64,000 nt of DNA from Macrostomum lignano (lineage: Eukaryota). The stretch covers positions 434,001 through 498,000 of the forward strand of contig NIVC01000025.1 of the NCBI GenBank assembly GCA_002269645.1. Direction: 5' to 3'. Position 1 is the stretch's first letter. Each line of letters opens with the position of its first letter. Shown here piece by piece: positions 1 through 11,940 of this stretch. The notes beneath the pieces were generated by a model. The model had not been told where the DNA came from, searched no databases, and saw only the letters and a program-made list of their open reading frames with translations. The translations under genes were made by a program, and so were the position numbers.

Positions 1-329
1 CCCGATAAGATTGAGGTAAATCATTGTTGTTGTCTAATTTTCTGCATTCACCACAAATATTAATACTATAACTAGATTGGTCACTTCACATATTTACTAG
101 CATACTACTCTTAGCACCCGACGTAAGTAATACAAAATTGACAAAATAAAGAATCACAGAATTTTCCTAGCTGTCCTACTGTCCTTAAATGTGGGGAGTG
201 ACCAATCTAATTATATTACTTTCTCAAATATACTATGAGTAGCATGTTAAGAATCCATTTTATCAACAATCTAAAAATGTTTACACTATAGAATAAAATT
301 CATATAGACTTTATTGAAAATTGTCTCAC

Positions 330-749
330 CGCTACTCCGCGACACCGGATGCTGCATCATGGCGTTCAAAGCGGCCGCAGCATCCGCCAGCGTGCCCTCG
401 GCTATGCAGGCGGTGCACAGCTCGTGCAACAGTTGAAACCTGGCGCTGGCGTGCTCACCAGTAGCTGGCAGGGCGATGCCAATAGGCGAGGTGTCTGCCG
501 AGAGCATGCTGGCCGCAGTGGAGTAGCTCTGAGTCCGCATGTAGATTTGAAAGGCCATATTGGCTATGTAGGCCTCGGACATGTCCGGCTGAGTGGCACT
601 GACGGCTTTCATCAGGCTGATGTTCAGGCCGCGCAGACTGCGCAGCAGCCTCAACGCGTCCGCCCATTGCATTCTGTCCACTGATTTCTTTAGTAGGCGA
701 ACTGCCGTCTGGCTGATGAAGGCCTCCATAGCCGGGTTGCGGCTGCGAT
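330..749 (-). CDS. Exon 6 of the TOPAZ1-like gene (TOPAZ1 C-terminal/PPR-like helical region); gene continues left
   Basis: Acceptor TTTTCCCCCAG|AT at 750, phase 1, consistent with exon 5. Donor GCG|GTGAGA at 329. The segment WADALRLLRSLRGLNI...AYIANMAFQIYMRTQS...ARFQLLHELCTACIAEG resembles the vertebrate TOPAZ1 C-terminal region as I recall it; not confirmed by search. Confidence 0.7.
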
Positions 750-852
750 CTGGGGGAAAAGCAAGGGGATCGGCGATAATATTGAGAAAAAAATTGATTC
801 GAGTCTTCAGTCTGAATTGCGAGTTCGATGAGATTCTAGGTTTATAGGGATT

Positions 853-1590
853 GGGGATTCAAAGTTTATGGATTGGGATAATCAGGGTATGAATAGAGAT
901 TATCAGTGCGGGGATTGGATTGAGATCATCGGGGTAGTGATCGAATTTATTGGGGTAGGGATCGGGATTATCGGGGTAGGGATCGGGATTATCAGGATAG
1001 GATCGGGATTATCAGGATAGGATCGGGATTATCAGGATAGGATCGGGATTATCAGGATAGGATCGGGATTATTGGGGTAGGGATCGGGATTGTCAGGATA
1101 GGGATCGGGATTATTGGGGTAGAGATCGGGATTATCAGGATATGGATCGGGTTTATCGGGGTAGGGATCGGGATTATTAGGATAGGATCGGGATTATTGG
1201 GGTAGGGATCGGGATTATCGGGGTAGGGATCGGGATTATTGGGGTAGGGATCGGGATTATTGGGGTAGGGATCGGGATTATTGGGGTAGGGATCGGGATT
1301 ATTGGGGTAGGGATCGGGATTATCAGGATATGAATCGGGTTTATCGGGGTAGGGATCGGGATTATTGGGGTAGGGATCGGGATTATCGGGGTAGGGATCG
1401 GGATTATTGGGGTAGGGATCGGGATTATTGGGGTAGGGATCGGGATTATTGGGGTAGGGATCGGGATTATCAGGATATGAATCGGGTTTATCGGGGTAGG
1501 GATCGGGATTATTGGGGTAGGGATCGGGATTATCGGGGTAGGGATCGGGATTATCGGGGTAGGGATCGAGATTATCAGTGTCGGGTCTGA
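853..1590. repeat. 21-bp G-rich minisatellite (GGGATCGGGATTATTGGGGTA)n in intron 5
   Basis: Directly visible tandem units. Explains the IPTPIIP and GRDRDY ORFs. Confidence 0.95.
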
Positions 1591-1632
1591 TATTTCGTAT
1601 CTAGGCATTGAGCCTTCGATAGAATCGCTTAC

Positions 1633-2129
1633 ACTTGTCACCGATTGCCTTGCTAAGCAGCTCAAACTTGGCCTGCGGATCTTCGGCAACGTGAAACGCG
1701 TCGATGACGAACTCGGACAGAACTTCCAAATTGCTAACCGACGAGAAGAACCGACACAGCGTATCGAAATCGTTGCCCATGACCAGTTCGGTGACTTTCA
1801 CTCGAATCCGGTTCAGGAAGTTAGTCTGCTGAGTAGGGGTCAGATGAAAGATTGCCCTGATCTGTTCAATGCGGCCGACATTCTCCGTGCTGCCGTCTAA
1901 GGCGCAGCGAAGCCACAGGCGCTCGACGAGTTCCAGGCCGACCTGCTGCAGATTCTGCGGGTCCATGTTGCTGAGCAGGCCGATGCCCAGGTTCACGAAT
2001 TCCGACGCGTTGCCGTTCACCAGGGCCTCCAAGCAGAAGATGAAGCCTTCGATTGGGATGATCTGCATTGGGGCAAACCGGTCCACGGCGCCCCACACCT
2101 TTGTCCAGCTCTTCAGAGAGGAGAAGCAC
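1633..2129 (-). CDS. Exon 5 of the TOPAZ1-like gene (helical repeats)
   Basis: Acceptor CTACCTCAG|G at 2130 and donor AGT|GTAAGC at 1632. 497 nt, phase 2/1. Confidence 0.8.
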
Positions 2130-2159
2130 CTGAGGTAGGTTATTGAGTTATGAGTCACT

Positions 2160-2885
2160 ATGGGGATTGTGAACATGGAGATGGGAACTGTGAATAAAAG
2201 GATAATTTTTAATACAGGGATAGGGATTGTGAATATGGGGATAATGATTTTTAATATAGGGTTAGGGATTGTGAATATGGGGATAGGGATTGTGATTATG
2301 GGGATAGGGATTGTGAATATGGGGATAGGGATTGTGAATATGGGGATAGGGATTGTGAATATGGGGATAGGGATTGTGAATATGGGGATAGGGATTGTGA
2401 ATATGGGGATAGGGATTGTGAATATGGGGATAGGGATTGTGAATATGGGGATAGGGATTGTGATTATGGGGATAGGGATTGTGAATATGGGGATAGGGAT
2501 TGTGAATATGGGGATAGGGATTGTGAATATGGGGATAGGGACTGTGAATATGGGGATAGGGATTGTGAATATGGGGATAATGATTTTAATATAGGGTTAG
2601 GGATTGTGAATATGGGGATAGGGATTGTGAATATGGGGATAGGGATTGTGAATATGGGAATAGGGATTGAGAATATGGGGATAGGGACTGTGAATATGGG
2701 GATAGGGATTGTGAATATGGGGATAGGGATTGTGAATATGGGGATAATGATTGTGAATATAGGGATAGGGATTGTGAATATGGAGATGGGAATTATGAAT
2801 AAGGGGATAATGATTTTTAATATAGGGATAGGGATTGTGAATATGGGGATAATGATTGTGAATATAGGGATAGGGATTGTGAATT
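2160..2885. repeat. 21-bp minisatellite (ATGGGGATAGGGATTGTGAAT)n in intron 4
   Basis: Tandem units. Explains the MGIGIVN ORFs. Confidence 0.95.
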
Positions 2886-3075
2886 AGAGTACAACGATGC
2901 GAATATAGTAAAAAGAATGGTCACTATGTGGACAGAGGATTATCAGTATGGGGATAGGGAATTATTAAGAGAGAATAAATATAGATAGTCAACAAATGTA
3001 TTTAGGAATATGAATTTAGAAGACAGGGATTGCTAATCTGATTCAGTGAATTAAACAAAAGAGAGACAAACAAAC

Positions 3076-3210
3076 CTAATGAAAGCCATCATAGCGGTGG
3101 CGTCGGGCTGCAGGGTGAGCACATTGTTAAACACCAGCCAAAGCTCATCGGTGAGGGAACGCAGCTGGGCGGGATTTTTCTCGGCCAGGTCGGCCAGAAG
3201 CTCCAGCAAT
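3076..3210 (-). CDS. Exon 4 of the TOPAZ1-like gene
   Basis: Acceptor TTTATTTCAG|A at 3211 and donor TAG|GTTTGT at 3075. 135 nt, phase 2/2 (LLELLADLAEKNPAQLRSLTDELWLVF). Confidence 0.8.
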
Positions 3211-3259
3211 CTGAAATAAATGCAGGAAAATGTTTGCATTGAAGACTCTCAATCCAAAA

Positions 3260-3540
3260 TCCAAAATGCCATGGGGTCAGATGCCCCCTTGACCTTCCCA
3301 ATTGCAGTAAATCTAAAATCTAAGATGCCAGGGGGTCAGATGCCCCTTTTGACCTTCCCAATTGCCGTAAATATAAAATCTAATATTCCAGGGGTCAGAT
3401 GCCCCTTTTGACCTTCCCAATTGCCGTAAATATAAAAATCTAAAATGCCAGGGGGTCACCTGCCCCCTATGACCTATCCAATCGCAGTTAAGCAAAAATC
3501 GAAAAGGCCGGGAGGTCAGATGCCCCCAATGAACAATAAA
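3260..3540. repeat. About 60-bp tandem repeat (about 5 copies) in intron 3
   Basis: Units CCAGGGGTCAGATGCCCC..TGACCTTCCCAATTGCCGTAAATATAAAATCTAA, each with a GGTCA/TGACC inverted pair. Confidence 0.85.
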
Positions 3541-3551
3541 ATCCAACTCAC

Positions 3552-4222
3552 TTAACATTAGGCTCGCTAATTAGCCTGGCAGTGAGAACGCACACCTCCA
3601 GCGCTTCCTTTTTACTAGCACAATATTCCACCACCTCGTACACAACCAGATCGGTGAACTCATGCGGATAAGCCGCCCGAGCCTGCCTGAGCAGTTCGTA
3701 GCCTCGCTCAAACTGTTGACTTTTAAAGGCTTCGGTGAGTTCGGCTCGCATTTCTGCTTCGGTTTTCACCGCCTGCGGCTGCTGCAACAGGCGCGGCCTG
3801 CCCAGCTGCAGCAGACCGGTGTCTCCGAGGCCGCCTAAGCCGGCTGAATAGGATGATGAAGAACCGAATCCAGCATCCGTATCTGACGGATAAGCCGCGA
3901 TAGCGGTTGACGAGAAATTGGTGGCCGACTGGGCAGTTGAAACCGGCGCAGCTGACTCCTGACTATTCAGCAGCGACACTCGAAGACTATCGGCCGATGC
4001 TTCCACCTGTCGCGGCACTGGCAACACCTGAGTCCGGTCTGGCGCGCTCAGCAACGGCGCTCGACTCGACGGATTGGGCGCCGGAGCCGGCAGCAGCGGC
4101 ACAGCGGCAGAGTCGGGAGTCTGCAGCAGGCCGGCGCCGCTTCGAGTAACAGCCGGCGGCAACGACAAGTAGCTGCTGCTGCTCGATGATTCGATGTTGC
4201 TATCGCCTAGCAACGGTCTTAT
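3552..4222 (-). CDS. Exon 3 of the TOPAZ1-like gene
   Basis: Acceptor CTCTGCAG|ATA at 4223 and donor TAA|GTGAGT at 3551. 671 nt, phase 0/2. Ser/Pro/Ala-rich, then helical (EMRAELTEAFKSQQFERGYELL). Confidence 0.8.
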
Positions 4223-4329
4223 CTGCAGAGGTGCGTTCTTTTTATGCATTCAAACTTTTACCATCACGGCCCACAGACAAGGGTAGGCAAGGCTAGTGAG
4301 ATTCCTATATAATCGATGGATCTTAAGCC

Positions 4330-4460
4330 AAGCTTACGCCACAGACACACGCTCACACAGAGTGTACAGCGGCCCGTTGACTTACTAATCATCATGCATG
4401 TACACTCCGTGATTGTGTACCTGGGGGGGGGTTGGCCCTCATGGGTTCGAATCTCACGAC
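4330..4460 (-). mobile_element. Partial SINE-family body, related to the copies at 5940-6156 and 58960-59194
   Basis: Shares AGTGTACAGCGGCCC and TTGGCCCTCA with the other copies. No tRNA head seen. Confidence 0.5.
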
Positions 4461-4556
4461 AAACCCCGCTCAAGTCAACTTTTGCGCACACAATTGAATT
4501 GTATTCACTACACCTGCTCCCATTGGGCCAGATGTGCAACCGACAGCTGTCGCAGC

Positions 4557-5190
4557 AGGGGCCCATCACAAGCTCGAATGGGGTTAGGGTTAGAGCTTGT
4601 GCCTTAGGGTTTGGGTTAGAGCTTGTGCCTTAGGGTTAGGGTTAGAGCTTGTGGCTTAGGGTTTGGGTTAGAGCTTGTGCCTTAGGGTTAAGGTTGGAGC
4701 TTGTGCCTTAGGGTTAGGGTTAGAGCTTGTGCCTTAGGGTTAGGGTTAGAGCTTGTGCCTTAGGGTTAGGGTTAGAGCTTGTGCCTTAGGGTTAGGGTAG
4801 AGCTTGTGCCTTAGGGTTTGGGTTAGAGCTTGTGCCTTAGGGTTAAGGTTGGAGCTTGTGCCTTAGGGTTAGGGTTAGAGCTTGTGCCTTGGGGTTAGGG
4901 TTAGATCTTGTGGCTTAGCGTTAGGGTAAGAGCTTGTGCCTTAGGGTTGGGGTTTAGGTTAGGGCCGGGGTTAGAACTTGTGCCTTAGGGCTAGGGTTTA
5001 GGGTTAGGTTAGGGTTGGGGTTAGTGCCTTAGGGTTATGGTTCAGGGTTAGGTTTTGGTACTGGTTCCTTTGGGTTAGGGTTAGTGCCTTGGGGTTAGGG
5101 TTAGAGCTTGTGCCTTTTCGAGCTTGTAATCGTGGCTGCTAAATCAAATTTTCGAGCTTATGACTTTTCGAGCTTGTGATGGCGACCCAG
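4557..5190. mobile_element. MITE-like element with inverted ends enclosing a telomere-like array
   Basis: CCATCACAAGCTCGAA (4563-4578) is the exact reverse complement of TTCGAGCTTGTGATGG (5167-5182). Confidence 0.55.
4578..5115 (+). repeat. 26-bp telomere-like tandem repeat (TTAGGGTTAGGGTTAGAGCTTGTGCC)n
   Basis: About 20 visible units built from TTAGGG hexamers plus AGCTTGTGCC. Confidence 0.95.
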
Positions 5191-5470
5191 CTGTTCAGTC
5201 CAAGGACTGGGGGGGGGGGGGTCGCCACACACAACCTCAATTACCCCAGCTAATGCTGGCACGGCACCCAATTTACAGCTGGGTGAACTGAAGCAATGCA
5301 GAGTTGAATGTCTTGTCCAACAAGGACACAAGTTGTTCAAGGACCAAGGACCAACCTTTAAGTCGTGAGTCCAATGCTCCACTAGGCTGCAACCCCCTAG
5401 AAAACTGCTATTTTAAAAAAGAACCTAGCAAACTATTGAATTTTCAATCAGATTCTACAGCAAATTTTAC

Positions 5471-5788
5471 CTCGCCACGTCGCGAGTCCGGAGTTGGTAG
5501 CAGAGTGCGGCCAACCAGACCGATGCCGCCATCCTGAGCAGCTCCGAAGCCAGCGCTGCCTCCGCTACCGCCGCCACGGCTGCCGCCGCCTCCGCGTCCG
5601 CGACCGGCGCCGCGAGCTCCTTGGTGGATTCCATTGCCGTGACCGCCGCGGCCGCGAACTAAACTGCCAATGGGAACCGGCGCCTGCTCTAGCAGGGTGC
5701 GCGAGCGCTTGTTAGGCGGCTGGGCACCGTCCGGATGCAACTGGCGGAGCGAATAATGTGGGCCGGGGGGGGGGGCGGGTTGAAAACT
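5471..5788 (-). CDS. Exon 2 of the TOPAZ1-like gene (RGG/Gly-rich)
   Basis: Acceptor TATTAG|AGT at 5789 and donor GAG|GTAAAA at 5470. 318 nt, phase 0/0. Contains ...GARGAGRGRGGGGSRGG.... Confidence 0.75.
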
Positions 5789-5939
5789 CTAATAGTATAC
5801 TACTTTATTTATTGTATTACTACTTTAGTTTTCAGTTAGAGGCAGGGGGCTGTCTGCACCCTGGTGCACTTTAAGCGACATTGTCACACAACCGGCGAAA
5901 GACATTGCTGCCCATTCCGACCGACTCCCCTGAGCAGGC

Positions 5940-6156
5940 ACACTGCAAGCGCGCGGATACGTACGCAGTCATACGCGCAGGCACACACTTACACGGGAGT
6001 GTACAGCGGCCCTAACTTTATTAAGGCGTTAATTGCACGAGCAGAGCCAAGCCGAGATTCCAATTTAAGCCCCAAATTAATGTGACTCTGCACCTGGGAA
6101 TCGAGCCTGGACTGCTGGGACATAAAAGCACCGCGCTAGACCACTAGGCTACGGCC
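5940..6156 (-). mobile_element. tRNA-derived SINE in intron 1
   Basis: Minus strand starts GGCCGTAGCCTAGTGG (A box) ... GGCTCGATTCC (B box). The body is homologous to 58960-59194. Confidence 0.75.
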
Positions 6157-6204
6157 TTTTTTATATACTACTTATCAATATAATATATATATATATTATC
6201 CTAC

Positions 6205-7020
6205 ATTATGCGGCACCTGTTGAGGCGGCGGTTTCTGCAGCAGTACACGTGAAGCAACAGGGCCAGAATCGGTCAGTGGGCCTGGCGGCTGCTGCTGACC
6301 GGCGGACGGCCGAGGCAAAAGGCCGCCGCCGCTGGCGCCTCCGCCACCCCTTCGAGGCGCCTGGCCAGCCAGTTGAGCGCGCAAATCCGCCGGTTTGGCT
6401 CCGGCAGGTTCCCGTTGTTTCTTGCTGTCTGAAGATTGCTGCTCCTGCTGCTGCTTGGCATCAGATGATTCATTCTGTTCGAGCTGTTTGGACTCTGCCG
6501 GGCCATTCTCATCATTATTTATAGCATTGTTCTCGTTGTCGCCGAAGTCGCTACCGCCAAACAGCGAGACAACATCGTCGGATTCTTCAAGAAGCTGACC
6601 AGCGGCCGCGACTGCGGTATCAGGTTCGGGCACTTCCTTGACTGTCGCTTCGCTTTCAGGCACTATAGTTGGTTGAATCTGGTCGGCAGCTGGTTGGTTG
6701 CCATGGGGAGGATTGGACAGCAACTGTCGACCCTTCGGCCGAGGCGGCGGCGCATCAAACCGAGGCGATGGGCGAGGCGGCCTGCTGCCTGCGCCAAAGA
6801 ATGGCGGCGGCGGCGGCTGCTGCCCAAAGAATGGCGGCCGCATGCCTCTGGGAGGGGCCATGCGCCCAGGCGGACCGAATGGTCTCATTAGAGGAGGTCT
6901 AACAGGGCCCGGTCCTCTGGGCGGCCCTGGTTGACGAATGCTCGAATTAAATGGTCTTGGCGGTCCCCCCTGGGGATGCGTGGCAACTCGATGCCCACCA
7001 CGAGATGGCCTGCTAGACAT
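6205..7020 (-). CDS. Exon 1 of a multi-exon TOPAZ1-like gene (Pro/Gly/Arg-rich low-complexity N-terminus)
   Basis: ATG at 7020 (MSSRPSRGGH...). Open for 816 nt to the donor AAT|GTAGGA at 6204, phase 0, which joins in frame to exon 2. Confidence 0.75.
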
Positions 7021-9899
7021 TGTTTTAATTTGTCATGCAAATTATCCAAGAAATTAAATACAGGCTCTATATATATACACGCGTTGATGACACTTTTATG
7101 TCATGTTTCTTGTATGTCAAAATTGGTTAATGTCACATTAATGCACAAATGGCATTGGGCAATTGTAAAGGAATTGTTTACATTTAAAATGTAAATGTGG
7201 AACTTGTGGAAATGAAAATGTTTAGTCATTAATAAGGTTACCTATGCTTCACTCAGACAAATGCCAAGGGGCAATCTAAAGTAAAATAAGAATCATACTT
7301 ACTAAAATAAATATCATGAAAAACTTTATAGATTGCTAAAAAAGTTTTAGAGTGACATTCAGGTTTAGTTATATAGACTAGTGCACTAAGCCACCCATAG
7401 TCCCATGGGGGGATTCAAATTCATAATATTTTACCCAGTCATTGCAGGGTTTTCTGTATTCTTTCTATGCATATCGCCTTTGGCAGTTTTGCCATTGTGG
7501 GCATTTAGGTTCAAAATTCAAAAAATGAAAGCATTAAAATACATAATTTTTTGAATATTTAACCTTTCCAAATCGAATTTTTCATCATTTAAAATTTTAT
7601 ATAATCAGCACACTAAGCCCCTCATGGTGAGCATTAAAATTCAAAATTCAAATGGAGTGCCTATTGAAAGCATTATTTTTCAAATATTCAACCCACTTTC
7701 AATTGGAATAAATATTAAATATCAATTTGCCAAATGAATCTAAATTAATTGGGCCCATTAGCTACTGCCCCATCTGCAATGACAAAATTGTGCCCCATCT
7801 GCAATGGCAAAACTGTGCCCCCTCTGTGTGTTTTAAAAATAAAAATTGCAGCTACTATTACTATTACAAATTTGTAACACAAACAAGATTGGAGCAATTT
7901 AGGGGTTTGATGGAAAAAGGCTTTAAAATTTGTCCTTAACCCCCTCTCTCATCAATCCTCTATCAGACTGGTTGGAAAATGATAAAATTCAAGATCAATA
8001 CCACAAATTGTGAGCCCCCAAATGAAGGGTCATAAAACTCCTTTAGCTTTATTGTGAATGTACATCCTACACTGTACATTGGCCAAGGAAAGGCCTAAAT
8101 GGTTGAACTAAGCAATTAAATTGAGAAACAGAGCACCTTTTGAAAGCATTGAAAAACATAATTTTTAAAATATAGGACCCACTTCCAATTCAATTTTTTC
8201 ATTAAAACAGTTATGTATGATCATCAAAGAATGACAATTTTAAAGCTAATTTAAAAAAAACAGCTAGATACTCCTTTAAAAATAAAAAACTAAGTATTAT
8301 GAGGCAAATGGGTTGAGCAGTTTTATGGTTATTTTATATATTCAAAATAAGTTGTATAAATATATACATGGTCATATAATTGATTTTAGCCAAATCTATG
8401 ATATGATAAAATATTATAAAAATATGATATTACAATATTAAGAGGCAGAAATAAATTAATTTCATACTTTTTCTTGAAATTGACTAATTCTTAATGCTAA
8501 AACTTTATATCTATAGGGTCACTTACAAAATATTGACTTTCATCCTATCATATTCTTATTTGTAAAATTTTAAATACTTAGCAATATAATTTGAAGACTA
8601 AATAACCAAATAAATGAGTATAATAAGTTATAGAATTCTGCCATAAACAAAATTTTTGTGTATTAATATCCATAGCGATATCTCAAAAATTTCCCATAGC
8701 TATCTATAGCTAAACTTTCTGATTACTTTCTTGCTATGGCTGGAGTATACCATTATGCATCAGCATCAGGCATTAGGAACTGTTAGCACTGTGATGAACT
8801 TTTATTTATTAGAGAATGCACTTTGCTTAGTAGCCGTCAACGGCTGAGAATCCTATTGATGTCTATGGACATTTGTACAGTTCAATTCGGTGGCTTAAAG
8901 AGTTGCCAAAATATAATTGAAAAGACCAAGCGTCTGCAGAGTTAAGCTAAAGGCTGAGACTCGATCAATTTTCTTACTCATCCCAAAAAACGAACAGGAA
9001 CCTCTCTTCTCTTTCTTCTCTATTATTTGCTTTTTTCACTTTTTGCACTTTGATAATTAATTAATGACAGCTTATTTAAATGAAACTTTTGCTATATACA
9101 TACAAAAAGTTTACTTGCATCAAAATGAGTCATTAATCATCTAAATTGGTCAATCATTTTAGCTAAAACTGTTGCTAAATGATGAGTAAAAACTTAAAAT
9201 TTAAGATTTTTTGCTATATAAATACAAGCTAGGCAATTTAGCCAAAATAGTAGTTTACAGAATATCACATGTTTCTGGAAAGGATATTGTCAGTGGGAGA
9301 ATAGCATAGTTCCAGTTTTAGCACTTTAGTTCTAGAAATAAGAGCCTAGGACAGCTGGCTATATGAGATAGACATTTAGACTATCCAAGCTAATTGCTAT
9401 GAATCTAATCTAGCCAGATCTAGTGCCAATATTGCCAGGTAGCTAGGCTATGGCTATGGTTATAGCATAGCAAATTCAAGTCCAAGATCATCTCAGAGCT
9501 TTTGGCTTCATTAAATAGGTGCCATATAAGCTGGCCAATGTGAACAAGCTATTATAAATACAGATTTGTAGTTCTCTTTTGTTGCAATACAGAAATGACC
9601 TACTTTTATATAAAATCATTACTTATAATAGCTAGCTAAGTAGGCAAGGTCAAGTGAGCCGATATATGAATTTCTAGAATAAGAGCTATATCCAAAAAAG
9701 ATTCCTAATGACATTTTAGTAAACTAGATAAGGAATTATTTATGTTGACTTTCTACTAAGTTGCTAGACTATTAGTTGATCAATATTGTAATCAGTTTCA
9801 CATTGCTCATTAGAAACTACTATAGAACTAACTTGCACTTGTAAACAAAAGAGGCTTAGTTTTATTATATAATAATGCCAGACTATATAGCTATTTGGA

Positions 9900-11110
9900 T
9901 AAATAAAACTGACTGAGCTAGACTGGTATCATTAATGATACCAATATCTGATATGTAGTAATGATACCAGATGGTATCATTATCTGTGCCATTTTTGTCA
10001 ACCTGTGAGCCTAAAGCCTGTATACATCATTATAGATATACCACATTGTCTTAAAAACCTGTACAATGCTTTCACAAAGAATGATGTGGCTTTTGACAAT
10101 AACAAGCTTATAAGATGGCTATATATAGAGGAATTTTACAAAGCAAACAGCAACTATTCCCTTTGATTGACAAATTGACTGAGTGACACATATCACCTTG
10201 CCACTTGGCTAGATGTGTGTCTCAATTGCAGCTCAAGTGCTTAGCCATTTGGTAGCTACTGGTATTCAAACACTGGTGCACCATTGGGAAATGGAGCTCA
10301 TTGCATTGTAGACAGCTGAGTTTCTACAGTGTGTGAATAATGTGTTCAATATGCTAAACTCTGCGCACATGTTCAACAAAGGCTTCAAGAAACCAATCAA
10401 TGATGAAAGCTTCAACATTGTCTACACTTGCAAGCTAACTTAGGATCATGTAGAAGTGAGTGAGCATATAAATCAATATGGGTATTAATAAGTATTGATC
10501 ACATTGGAATATAATTACTTGCATTGTATCACATGTCAATGTATTCTAGAATCTCTTTGGCATCATCAGAGGCCAAAATGGTTTTAACAAGAAGCCCAAA
10601 CTTGCAGCATTTATTGGAGCATTGAGATTCATGGCAACAAGTGGACTCAATTGCCCTGATTCTGCACTGCAGAATTGTGAAGATGACAGATGCACCACTA
10701 CTGTTACAATTGGTCTTGAGTCTGCTTTTTTGAGTCTGCTTCTGTCAAATCTGCTTTTGTAAAGTCTGTTTCAGCAAATGCCAGCTGGGATCTCAAACTG
10801 GCTCTTTAACAACCAGTATCCAATCAAAGGCATTGCAGCCTGCATCTAATACAGATCCAATTCTTGCTAAAGCCACCAAATACATAGGTGGTTTCATGCT
10901 CAAGAGCAGCTATGTACTTGACTATTATGCGTGCAAAGAGCTGCTGACTGGCACTGAGCCTTTAGATATACATTTGAAGAACAAGCTGCATTTACATGCA
11001 GTCAGCAGATTGATGCAACTATCAGTTGCAGCCCTTAAAGTGTTTTCCAAAATGGAAGCTTTTTTGTGGCCTACTAAGAAAAGTTTTAATTTAGGAAATA
11101 GGTTAATTTA
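9900..11110 (+). mobile_element. Decayed P-element/THAP9-like DNA transposase
   Basis: Colinear degenerate motifs: PVYIIIDIPHCLKNLYNA (about 10015), MCVSIAAQVLSHLVATG (10213), TAEFLQCVNNVFNMLNS (about 10312), ILESL.GIIRGQNGFNKKP (about 10545), KYIGGFMLKS...CKELL. Many stops and frameshifts; ends not found. Confidence 0.75.
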
Positions 11111-11940
11111 AATTAAATTATAATCAGATTTTGGCTATCCTTCTATACCTGCTTTTGTAAATTCCAAAAGTGCATTTTTAACTAAAATGATTTTTTCAAG
11201 TAAATGCAGCTTACAGTCTTCTGCGCTAAAGTAAAATAAGCTAATTTTAAAGTAAATTTGTTTGAAAAATAAATAAATATTATTCAAGTCACTAACTTAT
11301 TAAGCCCAGTCAATCAGACATGATTCCCTTATAATCAATTAAAAATAGTATAAGATGATGCACCTTTTTCTCTAATGCAATATATTATTCTAGTATGTAT
11401 TTACTATGATTACAACCTATTATTTCTTAAAAAATACTGTACTCCAATTTCTGACAAAAAAATTTGTCCTTATGTTATGATATAAAATATTTTTTTATTA
11501 TTTTTTTAAATGTTTCTAAAATGGTATAAATAGAAAGCAAGAAACAAGAGTAAGGAACAACCCAGAAACTTGTAAGCAAAATTTATATAAGTTCTTACTA
11601 AATCTATAAACAGTTTTTTATTTGGCTTAGACCTATTAATTTACAAGAATTAAAAGCTCCAACTTGGGAAAGTTAAGATCCACTAGAAGGTGAGAATCAC
11701 TAAGAGCAATAGATCACATTAGGATAGTAGATTGCCTTGGAATAATAAAATTACCTTAGAGCAGTAAATTATCTCAAGGAAATAAAAGGCTTAAAGCTAT
11801 TATGACCCTCTGATCCTAGGAATGCCTAGGCCCTAAGACTAAGAGCAAAGACATAGGGAGAGGGGATAGGAAGGATATATCCCCCCAAAAAGCCTGACCA
11901 AAACTTTTTATTGCCCTTTGTTGCTATACATGCTACTATG

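Noticed and set aside
1177-2887. IPTPIIP, GRDRDY and MGIGIVN ORFs as RS/RD-like or structural proteins
   Set aside because: They lie inside defined introns and are minisatellite translations.
4578-5115. True telomere or chromosome-fusion scar
   Set aside because: Intronic, the 26-bp unit is not pure TTAGGG, it has one orientation only, and it is flanked by inverted repeats.
6085-6156. Functional tRNA gene (also 59125-59194)
   Set aside because: A and B boxes are present, but there is no paired acceptor stem and the sequence continues into a shared repeat body, so it is a SINE head.
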